DNA of 64,000 bases, from positions 162,068,001 to 162,132,000 of the forward strand of contig OZ024743.1 in NCBI GenBank assembly GCA_964016885.1. The letters are read 5' to 3'. Each line of letters opens with the position of its first letter. The stretch's first letter is position 1. Below, piece by piece: positions 55,864 through 64,000 of this stretch. The stretch comes from Eledone cirrhosa. Taxonomy: Eukaryota. The notes below the pieces were generated by a model. The model was not told where the DNA came from. It was given only the letters and a program-made list of their open reading frames with translations, and did not search any database. The position numbers and the translations under genes are program-made.

Positions 55864-56040
55864 CGCAATCGGTAGAGGGTCTGACGCCATGCGTTGCAGC
55901 AAAGAGTTACGGCCTTTTATGGTCTGAGTTCAAATCCCACCGAGGTTAACTTTGCCTTTCATCCGTACGGGGTCGATAAAATAAAGTACCAGTAATACAC
56001 TGGGATAATTGCTGGCCTTATACCAAAAGTAGAAACAATA
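55864..56040 (+). mobile_element. tRNA-derived SINE
   Basis: Family consensus match. Confidence 0.8.
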
Positions 56041-56281
56041 ATAAATTATAAGGGTGAAAAGTTATATCTATGTATCTATCTAAAACGAGAAAGACTAAGA
56101 ATTATATATATAGAGAGAGATAGCTAAATCGCCTAATGCGGTCCGTAGGGCATTGAAACTTTGAAATTTCTTTTGCTCAAAACACTCACAGGACCATAAG
56201 TATTACATGTATTAAGTTTGAAAACAATCGGTTGAGTGGTTCTCGAGTTTTAGTGATTGGACAGACAGACATTCTCTGTTT

Positions 56282-56387
<106 letters not shown>

Positions 56388-56519
56388 CTGAGATCCAGTT
56401 CGTGGTTAAGAAAGCCAGTTTCATGGACGGTTTCATGTGCCACGTTGTTGATGTTTATCAGTGCCGCCTCATTAGTTTTTTGTATTTCCTATGTAATTCT
56501 TTCCGTATGAAGCTATTGT

Positions 56520-58310
56520 ATGTCGCATAACACAAACTCCAGAAACACACGCACACACGCATTTACGCATAGAACTACAAATGATACGATAAATAGAAAT
56601 ACAACATCGAAATCAAACAAGTCACGCAGTAGAAAATATATTTGGTATAACCCCATATTTAACACCTCTATTAGTACTAACCTACCCTCTACCTTCTTTA
56701 GAATAATAAATAAGCACTTTCCAGATTCACATAGATACAGCAAAATCCTTAACACTAAATCTATTAGACTATCTTACTCCACGGCACAAAATATAGAGGC
56801 ACACATTAAGATGCTTAACGCTAAAAAGATACATAACACAAATTTATAACAATAACAATACAATCACCATTGAAACAACAGAATATCTAATACACAACCA
56901 CCCACTAGTAGGCAAACAAAACGTAACACACTTGTACAGGCATCGGAGCCCACCAATAATGCCAAAGTTGCCCATGACAAGAATTGTAACTGCCACCTAC
57001 CTGAAACCTGTGCATTACATAATGAATGTATGCAGTCTAACCTGGTTTACCAATGCACAGTAGAATCAGACAACCAGAAATGGTATTACATCGGAGCGAC
57101 TGGGAATACATTTAAAGCCCGTTGGTATACACACCGTTACGCAATGAAACATTCCCAGCATCGTTATGTAACTACCATTGCAAACAAGACCTGGCAACTG
57201 AGGGAAAGTAACCATCAATACACCCTGAAGTGGAAAAAATTATCGAACGCGCCCCCATATCGGAGTGGTATGAGAAGCTGTCGATTATGTGACCTTGAGC
57301 TGTTCCACATTTTGAGTTCGAAGAATAAGTTACTCAACAATAAAATCGAAAGATCGATTTATTGTAACCATAGACTCTAAGAAAAGTTTTCGCACTACAA
57401 GTGCATATCGAACCCTTAACCTCTTACTACCAATTGACAACTGCATATACTTAGACTTTATACCCTCGTATTGTATCTAACCTCTTTAATTACCCATAAA
57501 AACCAATACCTATATCCCTCCCTTCTCCTTCATTCCTTTTCTATTTCTTTTCGTTTTCTTCCTTTCTTCCCTCCCCTTTTTGGCTATCTTTTCTTTTCTT
57601 CTTTCTCCCCCACCCTCTTTACTTTTAGTTTTATCATTATTATTTATATCTTTATTTTTATATATATATTTATCTCTTTATATCCCCCCCCTCTCTCTCT
57701 CTCCATCCCTCCCACTATTAACAATTTAATTCTCTTTAACTCACTACACTCTAAATCGACGACATGAAGTCTACGTATCAAAACTGATCAAGGAATCCTT
57801 CCACCTCTACCCCTCCCTCCATCTCAGTTTGTCACTCTACTTCCTAACTCTTCTCCCCCTTCCTCTCTCTCTCTATACTATTCCGTTTGTCTCCCCCCCC
57901 CCCACACACTGTCTAATTCCTCTTCCTCTCTCTCTATACTAGTAAATACAATTCCAAAACAATGTTTTTCTCTATATATTAAGAACTATTTCAAGAGTAA
58001 CTTACTCACTATTTTGAAAATTTGGACGTGAACAACAATTATCATTGAGTGGCTGCTTTTTGCAGTATAGCAATATAAGGTTGCACTTGCCAATGAAACG
58101 GTCGTAAATACCTGGATAAAATCCTTCTCTTAATGCTTACATGTGTTTTCTCTTTTATACTATATACATATATATATATATATATTTTGCTTAAACTTGA
58201 ATCTGTTATTTTAATAAATATTTGCTCTAGGGTTCTTATATATTTGATATATATTTATCCTTATCGAGCCCTCTTTGGATGTTATTCTTCTAATTTATTA
58301 TTATTACTAT
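56520..58310 (+). mobile_element. PLE 3' part: thumb/linker, GIY-YIG and pLTR
   Basis: YIWYNPIF, CNCHLPETC, LVYQC..YIGATGNTFKARW, CRLC; hammerhead at 58010-58110. Confidence 0.8.
58010..58110 (+). ncRNA. Hammerhead with U3:A8 core
   Basis: tatt-TTGAAAA-tttgg..ccaat-GAAA-cggtcg-TA-aata. Confidence 0.65.
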
Positions 58311-58314
58311 ATAT

Positions 58315-58392
<78 letters not shown>

Positions 58393-58656
58393 CAAGGTCT
58401 AGTGAAGATTGTTCCCTTCTCAATGGAAGTCCGCTTGGATTTCCCGTTTATTCTGATACATGAAACCGCGGCAAAGGCACATATAGTAAGTACAGTGAAT
58501 TTTTTAAAATTTATTTAAAAACTTTTTCTCTATTTGCTAGACCTTGATTTTATATGTTCTGGCTTGTTAATTTATTAACTCGCCATAGAACCACATTGGC
58601 ATACGGTTGGATAATACTTGTTTCCCTATATGTATTTTTTACACGTAGGAATTCAT

Positions 58657-58711
<55 letters not shown>

Positions 58712-59087
58712 TATAAATTATGTCCTTAGAATCATTTGATAAGATATATATTCAATTTCCTCTCCCAATTAGCATAATCAACCACACAAAAACCCAATTA
58801 AACCAGGCTATAAGATTAAAAGGCACCTGTGAAGAAATAATAGATAAATAAACGATAGCCATTTATTCGCGTTCAACAGCCATAGAATATTTACCCATCA
58901 TTTCAATAGCACGTGGAAATCGATTAAATATATCGTCAACCATACACAATTAGGTATAAAATTAAAGTTAGAAAAAAAATATATATATATATATAACGAA
59001 GGAGGTGTGGTAAGGAACCAGAGGGACCATAACGCACCAGAGTACTCAATACTTAGGGTAGTAGAGTGGGTAATAGGAAAATGTGTG

Positions 59088-59183
59088 ACCCCGACGGCAG
59101 AGCTAAAGCCCTTTCGACGGCTATTTCTGGACAAAATTAGAATTTTTAGCGTGATAAATAAATAGCCGAACTTTTCAAGGGAT
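59088..59183 (-). ncRNA. Hammerhead with U3:A8 core and long stems II and III
   Basis: atccc-TTGAAAA-gttcggctattt..aaatagccgtc-GAAA-gggc..gccg-TC-ggggt. Confidence 0.65.
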
Positions 59184-60019
59184 AATTCCTTATATGGGAA
59201 GATTGTAGTTGTCAAGAGGATTGGTCAAAATTTCTTGTAAACACAATTACGTCTTTCATGGTGGTGGATGGGAGGTGGGGTGGCTGAACTTTCCTGTAGA
59301 ACAATGAGGTAGTGGGTGGAGCCGGTCAAGCGTTGACAGTGAATTCTATACAGCAAATTCTAAGGAGTGTGTATGAAAATAGGCTAGATAGGAAGCAGGC
59401 GAAAAGGGATTCTGGAGAAAATAGAGAGGGAACGTTATAGAATAGGTTAATAAATTGAGATTAAAAGATAATAAATAAATAAATAAATATATAAAAATAT
59501 AAAATTGGATAGTAAGAAGTAATAAAAAATCTCTAGAGTCTAAGACAGCTGCTATATTTAGTTCGTATTGCATTTTCGGTCAATGCTATAGAATAGGTTA
59601 ATAAATTGAGATTAGAAGATAGTAAATGAATAAAAAATATATAAAATTATAGAATTGGAATGTAAAAAGTCATAAAAAATCTCTAGGGTCTAAATCCGCT
59701 GCTATAATTAGTTGGTATTGCGTTTTCGGCCAATGCTATATATAATTTACTGGGGTGGGGGTACTGAGGCTACAAAGGCCCGATGGGCTGCCTCGGGGTA
59801 GGCGAAAGGAGAAAAAGGAAAAGAAAGAGGATAGGGAGTGGAAGGAAGTGATAGGAAGTGATAAAGGGAAGAAGAAAATAAAAAAGAAAAGAAAAGAAGT
59901 ACATCTACCTATGTTAGCTGGGGTTTCCCCTATCTAGTTCGGCAAGTGAGGAAAAGGAGGATGTTGCAGCCATTGTCTACCCACCCGGGTCATGAGGGGG
60001 TTTGAGGGCGAGGGAAGTC

Positions 60020-60245
60020 CTACGCAATCGGTGTTTACATGCAATTACAAGTTCGTCTTTTTTGTTTAGGAGTTGGTCTTTCGTAAACAGCATTTTTAAC
60101 GTTTCCTCCGAACATAAGTTACACGGACGGCGTCCTCTCGTGTAGTAGTTAGCCCTGGACAGTAAGCTCCAAGGAAGATTGTATGTTATGTTATTATCTT
60201 GGAGGTCCCAGATGTGGCCAGAAAGTGTAGTGGCATGTCGCCAGG
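60020..60245 (-). mobile_element. PLE GIY-YIG C-terminal fragment upstream of the 59088 hammerhead
   Basis: Hand translation: ATTLSGHIWDLQDNNITYNLPWSLL..CNLCSEE..LLNKKDE..CKHR. Confidence 0.72.
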
Positions 60246-60377
60246 CCGGGTTTCGGAACGTGTGTCGGTGTTGGTAGAGCCGGGTCTTAAAGTCACAAGC
60301 GGTTAATCCTATATAGGCTTTGTTGGAGGTAAAGGAAAGAAGAGTGCTCTATGTATAGTACAGAGCTATTTAATTAC

Positions 60378-60545
60378 ATAATAAACAACACTATAATTAT
60401 TCCATTACCAAAGGTTACAGAAAACTAGACGATCCCTAGAGAAACGTCCAGCTTGTTCATCAGATGAAATAGTTATTGCTTGTAAGGATCGTCTAGTTTC
60501 TTGAAACCTTTGGTAATGGAATAATTATATTGTGTTGTTTTTTAT
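60378..60545. repeat. Inverted pLTR pair with hammerhead remnants (family also at 40815, 41280, 43476 and 49285)
   Basis: Minus: ttcat-CTGATGA..cctttggTA-atgga; plus: GAAAcctttggTAatgga. Confidence 0.7.
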
Positions 60546-60762
60546 GCAATTAATATGTGTATATATATATATACATACACATACATATATACATACATAC
60601 GCATGCACATACACATATATATATATATATATACACAGATATCCACGGTTAGTTGTGGGGTCTAGTCTGCATGAAGAACTCAATGTAATCCATATGTTGA
60701 AAATGTTGTAGGTTAAAATAAATCCCGGAAAACAATAAAACATTAAAAGGAAAACAGAGTCA

Positions 60763-62360
60763 TGATATAAGTTAAAACAAGGAAATTAAAAATCAAGTCA
60801 TTAGAGATATACTTCACTGCTTTACGATCGTTTCTAGGTGATGATAATACATCGTAACTATACTTCGTTATCGATCCATGTAAGGTTATTTACAAACTAT
60901 CAGATAAGGAGAATATTTACTTACATGCATATCACCAGCTGTTGTCAAAAGCAATAATAATTTTATTCAAAATTAGTAGTAAATTAGTATTATGTTTAGT
61001 TCTATGACTTTATTTGGAGGTAGCTGAAGAACTAACCAATCAGATTGTTTTTTTTCTATGATGTTAAGATGAAAAATAATTCACTTTTGTTGAAAGGAAT
61101 GGTTGAATGGTGTTAATAATAGAAATGCCATACAAAATCTATTAGGAAGAAAAGGGTTTGTCAAATTGATAGTTGAATGTATCTGGTATAGTGAAGTTTA
61201 AAAGGAGTGTAAAAATTAAATGTTGAGTTGTATTGTATGGAGTTTTTAGGTGAATATAAATTAAGGTCATGGCTAGGAAAGATAGTATATTAAAAGATGA
61301 AAATTATAATAAGATAATGAAATACAGTAATACAATAATATAATATAATGTAACACAATATAGTACGGTGTGGTAAATTGTACTTAGTATAATACAGCGT
61401 ATGATACGCTTTAAAATACTTTCAAGTATGTCTATATATAAATAATCAAACTCAGATAAATACGTGTTGACACAGTCAAAACGCATACATTTCATAGATC
61501 AGAAAGTGCATATACCCACATTATAGATAGAGATATAGTTATATTGATACTCAACTAAAAATATACATACGTATAAATAGATGCAAACATATACATACAT
61601 TTACACATGTGCACAAAATCATATACACATATATCTATATCTATATATATATATATATACATATACACAACTATACACACATATATATATGTATGTACAC
61701 ACACATACATGTACACACACATATAAACACTCATACACATATACTCGCATATACACACATACATATACACACATACATACACACATGTACACACATACTC
61801 GCATATACACACATACATACACACATATATATATATATATTCCCATATCATACATACATAGATACATATTTACTCATGCAGTTACGGGTGGTTGTGTACC
61901 TTGTTGCCCTTAGTCATTAACGCATAAATCTGAGGTAACTAAAACATTAAAAGGTAAGAAGCATGAATGCGTATAATTAGGGGAAAGGGATACTAACAAA
62001 TGTTACGCTACATAGAATTATAGTGAGTTGCTATTTAGAATATTTAATTAGGTTTATAGTATTTAAATGTTTTTCGTATACGGTGATTACAAGCTATAAT
62101 CAGTTCCTGTCTTAAAGTCATAGAACTAAACATAATACTAATTTACTACTAATTTGGAATAAAATTATTATTGCTTTTGACAACAGCTGGTGATATGCAT
62201 GTAAGTAAATATTCTCCTTATCTGATAGTTTGTAACTAACCTTACATAGATCGATAACGAAGTATAGTTACGATGTATTATCATCACCTAGAAACGATCG
62301 TAAAGCAGTGAAGTATATCTCTAATGATTTGATTTTTTATTTCATTGTTTTAACTTATAT
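60763..62360. repeat. ~250-bp inverted repeats (60763-61010 and 62114-62360), each with a U3:A8 hammerhead (62168-62311 on plus)
   Basis: ttattgctt-TTGACAA-..ggtgat..atcacc..-GAAA-cgatcg-TA-aagcagtga. Confidence 0.78.
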
Positions 62361-63347
62361 ATATATATATATACATGTATAGACACACGCACATACATAT
62401 TACCTCGCCACAAACCCCATATTATAGATAATTTTATGTAGAAACACTATATCTTGGTATTCAAACTTTCAATTTCCTTTCGTTCAATATATCGATTTAT
62501 TGATTATCAATTAACTTACTCAGGAATTGACTGCCGGAAGTAATAATCAGTCTGTTTTATATTTTGTTTTATTTATTATATGGCCACTCATATCAGATTG
62601 ACCTTCTAATATCGTATCAATCATCAATTTCGAAATCTCTATTTTAATGAATATTTTACGGCGATATTTTACTGTGTATCGCAAACTTATGTTTCTAATT
62701 ATACACACAAAGATATAAAGTATAATATCAGATTGCACATATGATAAATATGTATACACTATATATATTTGACATTTATCTGCATAGTGTACGCTTTTTA
62801 AAAAAGATTAATAATTTAGTTCGAAAATAGAAGGATCGGTGCCTTTGATTTCCATAAGCCATCCTAGATAGGTATATATTAGCAGGGGAAACGTAGTGGA
62901 TAGAATTAACTTAGATCAAAGGCACTTGATGGAAAACTATATTCCGATTTACAGTAAACTCAGCTTTAAAATGTACAGCTAATGAACTGTTATCTATCCA
63001 CGGCAGGTGATTTACTTTTTACTCCATTAAGTGAAATGATGTGTCATGGTGGTCTTTAGCTTGTCTCCACTAGGGTCGATAAAATAAGTGGACAAATGGG
63101 CTTCCACTCGGTAGTTAGACTTGCTAAAATTATTGGCCAAATATCCCTTAAATCGAAGGAAACATCGAATGAGGTAGACATCAATATACTATAACTGAAA
63201 AAAAGGAACGTCTCGGAACATGTCTTCAGTAATAGAGCAAGCCGGATGAAAAACACTTTTAACGAGCAAATGAGGAAGCCCCTATACAGATGCTCGACTT
63301 GCTAGAAATATTAGTCAAGCCACACAACGCACTCCTCCCAAAAGAAC

Positions 63348-63728
63348 ACTCTCGGGTCTCGAATAATGCCCCCTTCCCCGGCCGCTTAATAATTTTAAAG
63401 ATTTTTTCACACCCCTACGCTCTTACCCCCCCCCCCCCCGGTTATTAAATTTTGCTAATCTATCTTAAAATTGTATTTTAAGTGGTAGCATTCCTGCGTT
63501 AATTATTTTTCTTTAGATATTCAAAAACATTATACATGACATGTCAAAGAAAAAAAAATTACAAGAAATCGCATACGTTATAAAATAAACAGGATGGTTT
63601 GGAGTCACAATATGTAAACTAAACGATTGATACTGGTTTAAAATAAAATCAAGAGAGGCACCTAGAAATTTTACTAATCCCCCCCCCCCCCCCCCCACCC
63701 CCGCCTCTTATTTGGGTCCCCTAAGAGT
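63348..63728. mobile_element. MITE-like element with degenerate TIRs
   Basis: actctcgggtctcgaataa versus the reverse complement of ttatttgggtccctaagagt. Confidence 0.5.
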
Positions 63729-64000
63729 ACACTGTGTTTGCAAAAATACAAAGGTGATGTGTTCATGGGTGGAATGCCTTTCATTGTTGGTGTTTAGTCC
63801 CAAGTTATCACTGATAATCTGGGGCAAACACCAAGAACTTCGTACGAACACTGACGTATTTGTTACCAATTCAATATGTAAGCATCAGTACTACAAAAGA
63901 AAAAGACCAACAACAAAACCATGCATGTATCTAAAGGACAAAAATAAATATTGGAATCAGTTCTTTAAGCAAGATGGTAATGCATTTTCTATAAAAGACT

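Overview
A repeat-saturated, AT-rich eukaryotic window with dense (TA)n, (CA)n, (TACA)n, (TAA)n and (ATCT)n tracts. It is most likely from an octopod cephalopod, inferred from a tRNA-like SINE with the 'ttcatccttacggggtcgataaaataaagtaccagt' body. No complete host gene is visible; there is one candidate minus-strand exon at 49828-49958. Mobile elements: a full-length decayed Tx1/L1 LINE plus related copies, a near-intact R4/Dong-type REL-endonuclease LINE plus fragments, RTE and CRE fragments, many Penelope-like element (PLE) fragments, a Chapaev3-type DNA transposon nested in an RTE, a mariner, Helentron/HINE-like elements, MITE-like inverted repeats and SINEs. Three main observations. (1) Three adjacent PLE pLTR copies at 27.4-29.8 kb carry dozens of strand-coherent T>C (minus-strand A>G) changes confined to segments that would pair in one minus-strand RNA. 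This pattern fits ADAR hyper-editing written back into DNA, or imported into the assembly from RNA data. (2) Two diverged Tx1 families share a 37-nt GT..AG module directly upstream of the ORF2 ATG. (3) More than a dozen type I hammerhead ribozyme motifs sit in PLE termini, including a recurrent compensatory U3:A8 core and a U4C core. All alignments were done by eye.
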